Source of the DNA: Lama glama
Lineage: Eukaryota
DNA: 64,000 bases
Direction: 5' to 3'
Assembly: GCA_028534125.1 (NCBI GenBank)
Contig: CM052817.1
Span: 5,954,001-6,018,000, forward strand
Position 1 is the first letter of the stretch; every line of letters begins with the position of its first letter. Below the pieces are notes generated by a model. It saw only the letters and a program-made list of their open reading frames with translations, was not told the DNA's origin and searched no databases. The translations under genes and the position numbers were made by a program. Shown piece after piece: positions 12,596-26,297 of the stretch.

Positions 12596-13680
12596 TGGGA
12601 TTTAATGATGTGGCATGTCGTCCAGTCCTGGTTGATAACTGTTTCAAGTTGTCTCTTAGTTCTTGGCACCAGAGACCCTGTAGAACCTTTTCCTGAAAGA
12701 TTCACTGATGAAGGTGCTTTGGACGTGAAGCTCATAATCCATCCCCTTCTTCTCCAAAGAACCTGGTGTCAGAACAGAACCTTCTCCAACTGGGACATTC
12801 TTCCTTTGTTGTCTGGTCTGGGAAAGGTGCAGCCAAGAGACTGGAGAGTGTTGTGCCTGAAGGTGGCAGCTACACCCAGATGTTGTATTTCTACACAAAA
12901 AGGAATGAAGAGAAGGTGGCTCTGCCTTCTTCAGGTAGATTTTTCAGGTCATTAAGCTCCAAACTTGGTCGTTGCCCCCCCCCCCCCAGCACCTATACAC
13001 CATCTTTGTCTCTCTTGTGTCCCTCCAAGTTTTCCTGAAGCAATCTCAGCATCGCTTACTCTCTGGAGCCTCTAATTTCACACATGCCTGCTCATTCTTT
13101 AAGGACTAGAAGTTTTGTGAACTGAACCCTTAGGGTCTGGCTGCCTTTGCTAAAGCCCTAGCCTGTAGGAAGGAGATGATAGCTCCTCCACCCCGAAGAA
13201 AGCCCACGCCCAACTTGTCCACCTGACACAACTCTTCCAGGATATTAGGTATCATGCAGGCTGTGGGGCAGGGGTGCACATAGTGTGCACAAAAGCCTAA
13301 GAGCGTTTTGTGGGGAGCAGAGCAGCTTGTCTTAAGTGGGGATAGGTACTGACCAGATAAGAGGCTGAAGTATCCACGTGGCTTTTTCTTTTGTTGTCTT
13401 AAAAGAATAATCTTAAAAATTTGGAGTGCTAATCATTTTTGACTGTTTAAGAAAAAAGTTAGTCCTCATGTCTTAAATAGTACCACCTCTCCAGGTGCTT
13501 TTTACTTAGTCACGCACCATGTACTTGAGCTGGCCAGGCTCTAATGTGCATGAGCTAGTTTGTTTCCTACATAACTAGCAATGGTTATACTTAAATGACT
13601 CTAATATCTGTCTCAAGTCTTTAGAGTTTCTGTTGGAAAGAATTGAGGAGCAACAAAGTTCAGAAAACATTATTCTTAGT

Positions 13681-14533
13681 TGTGGGTTCTGGCCAGCAGA
13701 AGTCCCACCGAGACGGAATGAATTAGTCGAGACTCTGTGGAAAAAGTCAAGAAGGCGAGAGGGAGTCAGGAGCCAACTCCACGAGCCTCTCAAATGCTCC
13801 CACGTTTATTGTGTACAGTCAAAGGAGGAATCACTGACAGTTGTGTGATGGAATGCAGGAATTTAGGGAAAGACAGGGTGGGATCGAGATTGTAGAGTCT
13901 GGCTCAAGGTCAGAAGACCCTTTATGTTTTGGTAAATCATGTTCATGTTGGCACCAGTGAGCCTTACAGCTTATCAGGGTGGAACGTATGAGAAGCAGCT
14001 GCTTAACATTTTTCTTGGACTCAGGCGGCTGTGCCTGTCTTAGGTTGCCCCCCTCTGGGAATCTTACTCGTCAGTGGCTAACCAGCCTTCTCGCCTCTGA
14101 GTCTGCAGCTTTTTATGACTTGTTTACCACTCTAGCCCAAGGCTCATTCCTTTGGTCCCACAGTTGGGGGCCTACAGTTTATCTTTAGGGAAGTCATGGG
14201 AAGAGGGGAACAACACACATCCTTATAGATATGGTAAAGCAGACCACCAGCCCAGCCAGTTCCTTGCTTTGGGGATAGAAGACTATGTAACAGCAGGCAC
14301 GCCCAGCGTTTATAGCCAAAGGCCTGGGTCCTTGCTTTGCAACGGGCAGAGTGCTATCTGAGACCTCAACTATGCAAGCAAGGCATTGTCTCTGCTTTTT
14401 ACGGCAAGGAGACCGGTGTGCGGATGCACAGGCGCCTGCTTGCAAGGCAGTTACGAGGCACGTTTGCTCTTCTTTAAGGAGACAAGCGGCTGGGGTCTGT
14501 TACAATTTGTTAACCCAATCTTGGGCTCCCGCA
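13681..14533 (-). mobile_element. ERV2 (betaretrovirus-like) solo LTR, 853 bp, with 6-bp TSD CTTAGT
   Basis: TG...CA termini. Perfect CTTAGT at 13675-13680 and 14534-14539. AATAAA on minus at ~13805-13810. CpGs retained. Confidence 0.88.
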
Positions 14534-14882
14534 CTTAGTCACACGTATTCTCTAGCTTCCAAATTCTAGTAACCAGAGGACGCTGGGTCCTGGTCACTGC
14601 TATGGTTGGGGAAGGTGAGAAGGTCTTCCACGACCACATTCCCTGTTGGTAAAACAACATGTTCTTTTGTCCCGTATGTGAGGGCACCTCTCTACAGAAA
14701 GGGAGGAAGATGAGGTTTGGCCAACTCAAAAGAGGCTGACTTCTGACATCTTTCTCTCTGAGTGGGTGAAGATTACTTCACTGGCTGTTCCCTTGGGCCT
14801 TCCTGGAAGTTCTCAAGGAAGAAGGACAGCATGTGATCCTAGCCCATGGCTCTGGCTCCTCCTCTGCCTCAACAATTATTCC

Positions 14883-14896
14883 CCACAAGGTGGCGC
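14883..14896 (+). promoter_or_regulatory. Candidate CTCF site
   Basis: CCACAAGGTGGCGC, one mismatch to CCASYAGRKGGCRS. Confidence 0.45.
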
Positions 14897-16499
14897 TGGT
14901 GGGCACCACCTGTGAGGAACTCCATGTGATAGGTTTCTAAGCACTCTTTTTACAACCGGCATCAATAGAGTGGGTGGATATGAGCCCAAAGTCATCCAGA
15001 GAAGTCAGCAAAATGAATTCAGTGTAAAATGACTCCCTCTTCCTTTCCTTCGCCTAGTGGAATTCTAGGTTATCAACTGCTGGCATGCGGCCATGTTCTC
15101 TGTAGGGCCATCTGGGTGGTTGAGCTATAGGTTTCAGAGGGAAGCTGCTCTGTTTGCATCTGGTCTTCATGGGACACAGGGACTGAGGTTACCTCATCGG
15201 GGCTCCAAATGTCTCCCATCAGTTGCAGTGAACCCGGACCCTAGTTGACCAACATCCTGAAAGCCCCGTGTGTCTTTGTATATGCCAATCCCACAAGGAG
15301 CAAGCACTCTGGGAACCACCTGGGCACTGAGCCGCCTCTGCGGATGAGCAGGCATGTGTGAGTCGCGATACTTCAGGGCTAAAACCATCTCTGAAGCTCC
15401 TGGCAGGATTAGTGGTTACTAAACACAGCCTTCAGGATGCATAGCTAAGGTGAAGTCCCAGGGGAGAAGTTTATGTCCGTGGAAGTCCAGGAAGAGCTAT
15501 TCTGTCAAGTGGTTATGACTTAGAGCTGAGACCATTTTATAGCTAAAGAATCTCACTATCAGCTAAACATTAATATGCCCTTGAAACAAGCTTTGTCATG
15601 TCAAACCCTACCATTTTTTATAGCATGCACTATGTCTTGAGGCACCAGTCTCTCCATTTTGGTGACTTAAGATTGGCCATTTTCAATATTTGGCCACAAG
15701 GAGTAAGATGTCCCTGAAAAAACTGTGTGTTCAGGTTATTAATGTTTGCGGAGGTGGAAGGCCTCTTTTGACCGTACATCAAGTTGTACCATCCAAATGG
15801 TGATCTGTTCTACCTGTAGAGGTATGAAAACCCTCTCCACCACAGTGATGGCCAGAAATCTTCCCCTGTTTTTTCATCATCTTCAGGGTGGATGGGAAAG
15901 TCTTTCTCAATCCTAATGAGATTGTGCAGTGGCCACTTTTTTCTTAAGTGAGGGGGAGTGACTTCATAGTCATGAAATCTTGAATATAAGGCATAACGCA
16001 GCCTTCTGTAGTAAGGGAGACCCCAGCTCCTATTTTGTTGCTTCACCGTGGGTGGATTCTATTCCCAAGATCACTTAATAATCCAAGAAGACTATAGAGG
16101 CCCCAGCCAGGAAGGAAGAAGGAATAAAGGGCATACTTCTTCCCACTTTATGGATGTACAACTTACACTTCGCTTACATCAAGTGAAAGAACAAGGGATG
16201 GTCCCATTGGCCAAACATCTCTTCTCACTTGTCCCCTAAACACACTTTTTCTAGTCATTTGCTTCTAACCACCAGTTCTGATCTTGGGAATTCCCACTCC
16301 TGTGCTTAGGTGGGAATCAGGAGGTGCAAGAAGAACCCGCAGAATGTGCCACCACACTGCATTGGAGGTGGCTTTTGCATGAAGAGCTGCTGCACGAAGC
16401 TAAGAGCAGGCAGCTGCTCTGAAAGAGAGCCGTACATTTTACCTCCAAAGAACACTGAAACATGGGACTCTGGAAAGGGCCTGTGTGTGTATATGTATT

Positions 16500-16740
16500 T
16501 TTAAATTTTATTTTTTTATTGAAGTGTGGTTGATTTACAATGTTAGTTTCAGATGTACAGCAAAGTGATTCAGATATATATATATATATATACACGCATA
16601 AGTATATTTTCAGATTCTTTTCCATTATAGCTCGTTATAAGAAATTGAACACAGTTCTCTGTGCTACACAGGAGCACTTTGTCGTTTTATCTGTTTTATA
16701 TATAGTAGTGGGTATCTGTTAATCCCATAATCCCAGATTA
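16500..16740 (-). mobile_element. L1 extreme 3' end (cetartiodactyl-type) with (TA)n
   Basis: TTTTTATTGAAGTGTGGTTGATTTACAATGTTAGTTTCAGATGTACAGCAAAGTGATTCAG...CTGTGCTACACAG. Confidence 0.8.
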
Positions 16741-16941
16741 GGAGGCTGGGATACATATGTATATTTAGGGCAAACTGTTTCCGTGAGGGAAGCAAGCTAA
16801 TACCTACCTCTCACGTAAGTAACTGAATCCTGAGCACTTGCATGTTGTCCCTGGAAACAATCACTGTTTACAGATGTGTACTCCCTGCCCCCAGGTGGGA
16901 AATGCGTTAGTCAGAAAGTGCGGCAAGAGCCTTCCTCTTCA

Positions 16942-16995
16942 CCCAGCTGGTCCCCCAGCTGGTCTCCCAGCTGGTCGCCCACCAGCTGGTCAGCT
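16942..16995. repeat. Short tandem repeat, 4x CCAGCTGGTC (~12-bp period), each with the palindromic E-box CAGCTG
   Basis: CCCAGCTGGTCCCCCAGCTGGTCTCCCAGCTGGTCGCCCACCAGCTGGTCAGCT. Confidence 0.85.
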
Positions 16996-17699
16996 CCGGA
17001 GTCCCATTGGGGCAACAGACTCCAGTCCTTGTTTTCACCCACCTCTAGAACTGACATGGGGGCGGGAGTGGCATCTAAAGGTGCCCCTTTCCTGAAAGGT
17101 TCAGCAGCTGGGATCGCGCCTTGCTGTCCGCAGTCAGGGCTTCCTGCTAGGGGATGACAGGCTGGTGAAATTCACAGTGCTCGCAGCAGCTGGGAAGAGC
17201 TGCCTGCTGTGTGTTTCTGGTGAAGCTCTGAAAGATGATCCTGGCTGCCCCTTGCCTTCACCTCGCAGGGTCTGAGATGATCCCTCCTGGGTGTCTGGAT
17301 TTTTATTTTCCTTCCACTATCACAAAATCAGGGTTCCACTCCAGCAGCTGCAACTTTACCTTCTTTCCCAATCATCCCCCTAAGCTACTCAGACCTTTCG
17401 TCCAGGAGGGCTGGGTACAAGAGGAATAAAAGCATTTCTGTGAAACTTAACCAGCATTGTCTGAATCTCCTAGGCCTGCTTTGGGTGCACCTGGAGGGTA
17501 GGCCGAATGAACATGTATCATTCTCAGGGATGCTCTGGGTGAAAACCCAAATTCTCAAAGTAGGCTCATACAGCCCCGCAGGTCTGCATAGCCGCCTCCC
17601 CTTTCCTCCTGATCACTGCCCAACAAGCTGCCAAGAGGGGTTAACTCCTTTCTGAGGACAGCTGCATCTAAGGTCCAATTGTCTTACTGTTACGGGTGG

Positions 17700-19400
17700 A
17701 CCAGGAGTGGGTGAGGGAAGTGGACTCAACCTGTCAGCTCCTTGAGCAGCCTCTGCCATAAGCACACCTCACTGTCAGAGTGCAAATAGCCTGGAGAGCC
17801 TAAGTGTGTGGCATGGCCAGTCAGCTGATGGGTAACCTAAAAATTGACAGCAATAAGGCACCACAGACAGCCCTGAGAGGGCGTTGAAAGTCCCAAGTGA
17901 TAAACTTGCCAGGAATGGGGTTGGAGGAACTTCAGGGATCCCTGTGATGGGGTACCTCCACCATGCAGCTTTTGATTGGAATGAATGCTTTGTGTGGTAT
18001 CAACTGAGCATTGGGAACAGCTGGTCTCCAGCAGTGTGACTTAATTTGGACTCATCAGATGTCCTTACTGTGGACATCTACATGGGTCACCCAGATTGTG
18101 CACTCAATCTCCATAATCTGGGTCCGCAGTACACGGCCAGGTTTGTGTCCAGAAGAACCTTGAGTCATTCCAAGATGCAGGGGGCCCAGCAGGGAGGGTT
18201 AACATGTAAAGTTGTCAGTGTGGAAAGGACTATGACTCTGCTCATCTCCCTCCACTCTTCTCTGCAGCCCTTGATGAAATGTAGGTCCTAGATTGAATGA
18301 ATGACTGAGCATCTAGTATGACCAGAACCTCCTGCCTGTCCTGCCCCATAAGGAAGAGGAATACTAACTTTTGGGGGAAAGGAACACTCAGGTGTAATCT
18401 CCTAGGTGATTTTTTATTGCATAGGATCATTTCCAGATAACAACCATTCAGATATGTAAGAGCTTGGTTTTAAGGAAGGTGATATACTGAGGATTCTTTT
18501 ATATCCTACTGGTCATGTAGGATGTAAACCAGCCTGTGTGCCCAGGTAAACCAGCTGCAGGCCCTTGACCTATACCTTCTCTATGAAGAGCTTAGGAAAG
18601 CTAGTAAAGAGTATCTCCAGGATGCTTCAAATTGTAAACACTATAAACCACTAGCTGCACTTCTGTCTTGGCAAAGGTCAGTGTCATGGTTCCAGGTACC
18701 GCTGGAGAAAGCACAGGGCTACCACAGACCACATGCAAGGTGACTGTGTCCCTACATAACATTCAATCTTTTAGTCAACAAAAGTGAGTGCTGCTGATGT
18801 GCTGGTGGCACAGCAGGAATTAACCAAAACCTTTTTGGTTACATCCCATGGGGAATACCCCAAACGGAGCGTGGAGTCTGTGTAAAGTCATAGCTGGGGA
18901 CACCTCCCATAGTCTTCTCCAGGATGTGAAGTCCTCCAAGAGGAGGGGGGACGTGACTTCACTACCAGACCATACTACCTGGTGAACGCCTTCTCCAGCA
19001 CTTCCAAGAGGTTCGAACCATGCTCAGCTGGGAACAGCTGAGTCTTTCTGCCCTGTTGAGGGCCAATGCTGATGCCTGATCCAACGAGCCCCAGAAAGCT
19101 GGGCAGATAAAGTCCAAGGCATCTCTGTAGAGATCTGATATTGAGATGATCAGTGATTCTAGGTACAAATGGGTAGACTCACTGCCACTGGGGCCAAGGA
19201 GAGGTTCGCCCAGTCACAGGCAGGTCATTCCTGGCACCAGAAATGTACCTTACACTTGTGGATGGGTCTGGCCAAGATAGACTCAATGGAGATGGATGGT
19301 GAGCAGATTCACGCTGCTCACAGATACCCTTGTTTTAAAAAGACTTTGCATTTCTATGGGGCAAGGGTTACATTTTTCTTAAAGGAAAAATGAGGTAACA
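17700..19400 (-). mobile_element. Highly decayed ERVL-like pol remnant
   Basis: Minus strand IWVTHVDVH near 18070-18100, resembling the ERVL RNase H V-x-H-V-x-A-H motif. Boundaries uncertain. Confidence 0.45.
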
Positions 19401-19879
19401 TGTCCTTTACTGAAATCTGCAGTAATTTTTAAGGGATGATGAGCTTATAACCAAAACATGGAATATCTGTGTAAATTAGGTTTGTGAAAGATGCCCTATA
19501 ATCTCTGCATGGATGTTCTAGACCATGTGGACCATGGCCACTGAAGTGACTGCAAAGCATGATGATACTCAAGTTGCATGTAAATTGAGGCCAACAAGTG
19601 TCTTTCTGGGATAGTCCAGAAATACTTGGTTTATACAAGTATTGTTATTGTTGTAATTACATTGATGTGCCCTCATAATATTAAGTATTTTTCCATTCTT
19701 AGAGTAGGGAAGCAGACTCAATAGCCTGGCAGATGTAAAGGTCTCCTGGAGTGTCATTCCAAGTGGTGGACCTGTTGTGTCTGGAATGACTTGATCATAT
19801 CTTCAAAGGATGCAACATGGTTCTCAGCTCCTTGTTGAGGTTCTAGAAAACAATACAACAGAGTGTGGTATACAGTGTG

Positions 19880-22800
19880 CTCATTAGGGATTGTCCTTGA
19901 GATCCACACTTGTATAAGGGGCAGGGTAGAAGCAGACTGAGTAGAGGAAGAACTTGAGATGCAAAGCTGAGTTTGTCTGACAGCTGTGATTGACCCTATG
20001 GAGGACTTGGTTGTTGACACGGCCCATCAGAGTTGTCCTGTGTTGGGCCCAAATCAGGGCTTTATATACCCACCTTGACCAGTTTGGGGGGTTTGTGCTG
20101 TTTCCAGATGGACATGACCTAGGGAGAGATGGCTGCCTGCCCCTGAAACTGTCCTTGTGGGCTGAAGCACTCCCGGAAGTCAGGACAGGACTTTCCTTAA
20201 AGGGATCTGGAGATGCATCTTTGTCTAACAGTCCATGCTTTGGGCCAAATCAGATCTACTTTATGTACATTCAAGAAATAGTTCCTCCAAGATCCAGATA
20301 GGCCTGTCTTCCTGAGTGAGGAGGAATTTGGGAAGAGTAGGGTTAGAGGGATAACCTCTGGTATCAATTGTTCTCGTTGGTCTCAGCATTGTTACCAATA
20401 ACCATCATCACATGATGGTGACTCCATCATTTACCTCCTCCACCATGCTATTGATCCCCACCACCCTTAGGAAGCTTGATCTGGTTTGCTTACCTGGTGG
20501 CATAATGTAGACTCTCATCCCTGAAAGGTCAGAGCCCCTGGTGGCCATGTCCTCCTCATGCTGACGTTGCTTGCTGCTCTTTATCACAGTTGGGGAAGGA
20601 GTACCAAGAATTGCCCATGTGGGTCGTCTGTGTGCCACATGTATTCCACCCCCAGTTGTGGCTCAGTGGCCCTATGGTCCCTGCTGATCAGTCAAATACC
20701 TTGGACAAGTTATTGATTCTTTTGCTTTCTGATCCCAAGAAACAAAGAGCCCAAGCAAAATGTCTGCTGGGAATAGTATTGTCCTTCCGGGCCCTGCAAG
20801 TTTAGAGCTCCTGGTCCTGAAAGTTGCATAGATGGAAAGCAAACATTTCTCAAATGGCTCATGGGTGTGATAACAAGTGGGGCTTTTTTCCTACTTCTGC
20901 CCATTGGTTCCAGATATTCCTCTGATTATTGACAGTGCCATAGAAAAGTACTTGAATCAAAATGGATGATTCATCCTGGAGGATGGTGTCCCATCCTTAG
21001 AGCATTGCCTCTGAGACAGCCTGACAAAAGGCACGTTAGAAGGATCATTCTGAGCCAGCAGCTGATGAGTGGTGTAGCCTGTGATGCAGTCAGTGAATTC
21101 CATGATCATGGCTCATGCCTGCACTTTGTTCACTGTGAAATGGATGCCTTAGTCTGATGTGATGTTATTGTGGGATATCGTACTGGATCAATTCTCTAAA
21201 TTGGAGTGTCCAGGAGTGTCTAATCTTCCTGTTAGAACTGAACACTGGCCCTTATAACAGAAGCCCAATGAAGTCAACTTGGGACCAAGTGGCCAGTAGG
21301 TTTGCCAACATGAGGAATGTTCTATATTAGGGGCTCAGGACCTACCACTATTGTTATTGGCAAGCTAGATATTCAGAGAGGGTAGGAGATGCCAAGTGGA
21401 ATCCCCTGCTTTTGAGCCACAGACAGTAACTATGCCTGCAGCTGTGGCTGTTGTATCCTTGGCCACCCTAGTGCTGTTAGGATGATGAGTACATGAATGA
21501 GGGCTAGATGACATCCACTGGCAAAGTCAGTTTGTCTTACTTAGTTAATGGTGGTGGTTCTCTGGAGAACCCTAGAATGTGATGTGAAGATCTTTTCACT
21601 CTTTGACCACTCCCATATGTCTACCTGTCTATCCTCTACTCAGGGCTTCCTTGCCCTCAATCCTCCAGTCTTTTCCCTTTTCTGTCCATTTGCTACTGCC
21701 CATGATTCCGTATGTGTTCTAACCTTGGGCTACATCTTTTTCCATGCAAAGTAGAAGGTCAAGTACTTTGCTGGAGGTGCTCTCTTTTGGGATGGTTTTT
21801 CCTTCTATGGTCCTTCAAGGCGACCCTTGAGTGAGGCTCTGGAGCAGTCAGTCCCCACTTAAGCTTGTTCCCACATATTGAGGTGACTTATGTTTAAATT
21901 CAGCTTCTTTCTCCTTTCTTCAACTATTTGTAATAAATCTCATATTTGGGTATAGGGGTAAACTACAGGAAGGGTGTTAGTGAAATAGGAGAGCCATGGG
22001 GGTCTGTTATATCTCCTTAGATATACCTGTTTAGATATAGCAAGTATAAGACAGCTGTGTCCTCTGGGCCACCTCATACTCAGTCCTATATGCTCTACTT
22101 CCAAAGCATAACGAATTGTCACTGAGCTCAACCAACCTTATGCTTAGTGGGTCTGACAGGCCGCAGTCAGTGATGGGAAGTTGCGGCTGCATGGTCCCAT
22201 GATATTCTGTGGTTGGGCACTTCCTCATGACCAGGGCCCAGTCTCATGCCAGGAGCTGTCTTACAAAAAATATCTCTGCTGTAGATGACTTGGTCATGTT
22301 CCAGAACCCCAGGATCCTGTGTTTTCTCACTGGAGCACTTTGGAGTGTCTACTTGGCATCATTTTTTTCACTACCACTTGTAAACCTAGTGCTACAGTCT
22401 CCTGGGTTTTATGACCCTTCAGTTGATCCCACAGGAGCTCTGGAGCTAAAAGTAGCCTGAATAAATGGTCCATATTTGGCTGAAATGGCTTGGAATTTAT
22501 ATACTGATTTGATAGGTCACTGGATGTAGGACATCCCCAGAGGGACTGAACTTGGACAAGATGGCTTTCTGTAACAGAGGTAATACCTAGAAGGGCTGAG
22601 AGCTTCCATCTGGAGCTAGCACTCCCAGCAGCTCGGGGCTTCACATCTTTCCCTGAAGGGGTATCTCGGCTATCCTCTCAGAAAGCTACCATCCTCAGAA
22701 CTTGCTTTATTGCTGCCCTCTGCACCTACATTCTCTATGGTACCCCTCTGTTACCGATCTCATACCAATCTTTCTTTTCCTATAATTGGGTTTAAAAAAA

Positions 22801-23500
22801 ACCTACCAATTCATGCCAGGAGCGATGGAGTCAGAGATAGATACTTGGCTGGGAATGTTCACCAACTTTCTTCTGGCCAAATTCTTCTGAAGGAAAGACA
22901 CCTAATTTGGGGACTCTCTTGGAGTGTTAGGGTAAGGACTGACTCCTAGAAACTTTCTATTCCTTCTGATGGAACAATCCAGCATTTCTAAATCTGCTAT
23001 ATTAATCTCGATGTTTTGTACAAAGGCATATGTTATCAGGAGTCTGAGTACAGAGAATGTGATGAATCCTTGGATCATGGGCAACCTAATGAATGAAGAA
23101 TTGAGTCCCTGTGCCCTGGGGCAGTATCTCCAAAAAACATAAGGCTGAGTCTACCTTCAGCCAAGCAGGAGGCAACAAATAGCCCAGAAAACCAACTTCT
23201 ATAGCTGCTGGAGGGTTACACTCATGACTATGGGAGATTTGGAAGGTCTTTTCTGACCTGATTTTGATTCTTTTTTCCTTCATTATCACTCAGTTGCCAA
23301 ATAGTGCTTCTTTTCTTCTTGCCATCTCCTCCAGAACCTAGACCGTATGAAAAGATTCACCCTTCAAGTCATCATACATACAGTTGACTGTGCTTTAATC
23401 TGTCGGGCCACCTAAGTACGGTGATAGGGTGGACATCTACTTTCTGGTGGTGGTTTTATATCAACCTTGGGCCTTTCACCAGTTCCCTCTTCCCCCTGGT
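19880..23500 (-). mobile_element. ERVL (LTR16 / ERV3-16A3-like) 3' LTR (~19880-20230) plus internal pol/gag
   Basis: Minus LTR start TGTTAGACAAAGATGCATCTCCAGATCCCTTTAAG. Integrase remnant NITSD*GIHFT...HDHGIH at ~21090-21180. Confidence 0.7.
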
Positions 23501-24282
23501 TCTCTGCACCTGCTCATTGTAGAGGCTTGTAGGGTGGTGCCATGAGAGATTGCTTTCTGACTTCTATTGTTTTTTAAAATTGGCTTGGATCCAGTCTTTC
23601 CTCATTATTTTCAGGATATGATTTTTTTGTGTTTCACTCCTGTGTTGGTTTTGAAGGAAATATTGAGAGACTTGGCCCTAGACACCTGCCATTGTCTTTA
23701 GCCACCCCTCCGTTTCATCTAAAAGCTAAGTTTTCTAATACAAGTATGAAACAGAATTTATCATAATTCAGAGTTGGAAGAAATGTTGCCTTTTGTCCAG
23801 TATTTCTGATCTGTCTGGGCCATCTTACTGTGGCTTGGTCAGTTCTACTGGTGATTTTCTGTAATATCTTTCTCCACCTTGAAGTGAGGCCACTTCCTAG
23901 GCTTCAAGATACTCTGAGAATCTGGTTCAGCCAGCTCTGCCCCTGTCTGCCTGTGGGCCATGAGTCTTTCGAAGCTGTATTTCCTGTTAGCACGAGTCAA
24001 GGATTTCTTCCCCAGCTATGGTACTAGACTGTCTTAAAGCATGGCCTTTCTATAGCGCCACACTTCCTCTGGTGAGATGACTTTCTCAACATTTCAAAAC
24101 CCAAGATTTATTTCATTTTTAATTAAGTGGTAGATTAATCTTTAGAAGTTCTTAAAGTTCTCCTGAGTATTGAGGTCTTTTGACGGCCAAATGGTACAAA
24201 GTCCAACATGGTTGGGACTTGACACTACTGATTGTCCTCAGTTTACAAGGACTTCCAGCTTCTAAACATGTGTGCCTTAATG

Positions 24283-24296
24283 CCACCAGGCGGCGC
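24283..24296 (+). promoter_or_regulatory. Candidate CTCF site
   Basis: CCACCAGGCGGCGC, one mismatch to consensus, with CpGs retained in a CpG-poor context. Confidence 0.45.
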
Positions 24297-26297
24297 CTCA
24301 TGATGGGGCTCCCAAAGGAGTGAAATGGCAGCCAAGACAGTCTACTGAGGAATAATGGCCAAGGTTGGGATCAAAGATGGCATCCTTCTGAGTTTTTTTA
24401 GTGGATTCATTGGCTCCATGCATCATTTAGGCTTTGGTGGAAGAACATTATGCCTCTTAAACACTTGAGTCTTCTGGGCTCATTGGTGCATGACTTTTCC
24501 CAGAGTGATATTTGACTTAGTGTAGGGGAAGGACCCTAGTGGACTGCCACCAGAAGTGACCGTGGGTTTGGACTGAAACCATACTCACAAGATGTAATGG
24601 GTTTTAACCTAATGTTTACTGAGCATTTTAGAAGGCACCCATGGGAGAAATAAGGCATACATATCATTTGCATTTCGTGGAGAAGGCTACAAGCTACCCC
24701 TGAGCACATACTTTGCTTCTTTACACAGGGTCCATACACATGGCTTCTGTGGTCAGCAGTGAAGATGTGTGACCCACTTTGAAAAAACGAGCTGAGGCCT
24801 CCATTCTTATTAATCAGTTACGTAATTCCATTCATATAGGCCCAAGGCTTGCATGCTGACTCATTATTCTCTCTGCACAGATCTGGTTCACGTACAGGCT
24901 TTTCACACTAAATAGACTTAAGATATGGAACGCTGAGTCCGTAGTTTGCCAGAAAATGGTACTATGAGATGACAGAATGAGATGCATTTTTCAGACAAGC
25001 CTGTGTCAGCCTAGACCAGATATCAGAATAGACCTGCTGGGTACGTGAGCTTCAAGACCACAGATCTGTGGTACATAAGTGCGGAGGGGATCGTGGGATC
25101 CTTCTAGGCTGGGGGTGGATGGTTGACATAAACCCCAGATCCAGGCCTTAAAAGAGTGTGAGATTGGGGCCTCTTTGCATGAAGGGATGGGATGAACAGT
25201 GCTAAGATCCTGGCAAACATTTGAGTTATGACTCCAGCACCCAGGCTTCAGTAACAAATTGAGTTTAGGTGGCAGCTATGGCTTCTGGCAAAGCCTTGGG
25301 CCTATGAAGGTGGGGCCACAGTACTGTGCTGGTCACCAGTCCGTCAGGGGGTTCCCTGCCTGCGAACGCTAGTCTCCTAGCAGAGGTAGTCACCTCAGGG
25401 CTCCAGATCCTTCCTCCCTGGAAGTGGGAAGTCTGCTCCTGTACTCGGCTGGACAGTGCCCACCGGCTCTGCACCAAGTCACTCATTTAGGGAGCGCAGC
25501 TGGGATAGGGGCCCCTGTGGTTTCAGGCCTGGGGTCATGCCCCCATCAGCTCGCTCACGCAGGTGAGGAATGACATGCGTGGGTACAGTTCCTCTTTCTC
25601 AGATGTGTTTGGTGTGTACTCTAGAATGTATGTAAAGGCCACGCCAACCTTAGTATGACTCTATTCTAGTAACATTCTTTTTTTGCCACAAAAAGCTTTG
25701 TTTCCATTTGGTCCATGGCTTGGGAGGGAGCTTCAGGGTGGTTAAAAAGCTGCCTAGTGGGTGCACGGAGAGGCTCAGGCAGAAGCCCTTACACCAGGGG
25801 GTGCCAGAGGGGCCCCTGGACTCTGGACTCTCTTAATGGTGCCTGAGGATGAGCCTTTCAAAGAAACTCACCCAGCCCATCCTGGGGGCTGTCCGGCTTG
25901 CAGAGGCTAGTCAGGTGACTGCCCATCTTCTCAGTGGGTTTCAAGTCCTCATTAAGGGAGTGGCTCTCCAGGAAGTCAGAGATGGGTGTCTGCATGGGCA
26001 GACAAAAGACCCTGTTTCAGGTTTTTCTTCAAGGCTACAGCAGCTCCAGGGCATCCAGGGATGACCACTCACTTTGGGATGGCTTCTGCATGTCCTGGAA
26101 TAGGGTGTGGCCTCTGTGTTGGCTTTGCATCTTCAAGAGATGCTCGGCATCCTCGCAGTTTTCAGCCAGTTTACTGAAGTGTCCCAAGCCCTCCAGAGCC
26201 ACATCATGGGGGTCAAAATAGAAGCCCAGAGAGAGAGGAGGTTCGCAGTTAAAGGCAGATCAAATGGTGAATGGAGGACTCCCTCTGGGGTAATTAT

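Noticed and set aside
12600..12950. Exon-like stretch ending CAG|GTAGAT
   Set aside because: No recognisable protein in any frame and no clear acceptor.
15810..16046. 78-aa minus ORF
   Set aside because: Non-ATG start and no family similarity that I can recognise.
25057..25072. Perfect 16-bp palindrome ACCACAGATCTGTGGT (inverted RUNX sites)
   Set aside because: About one such palindrome is expected by chance in 64 kb.
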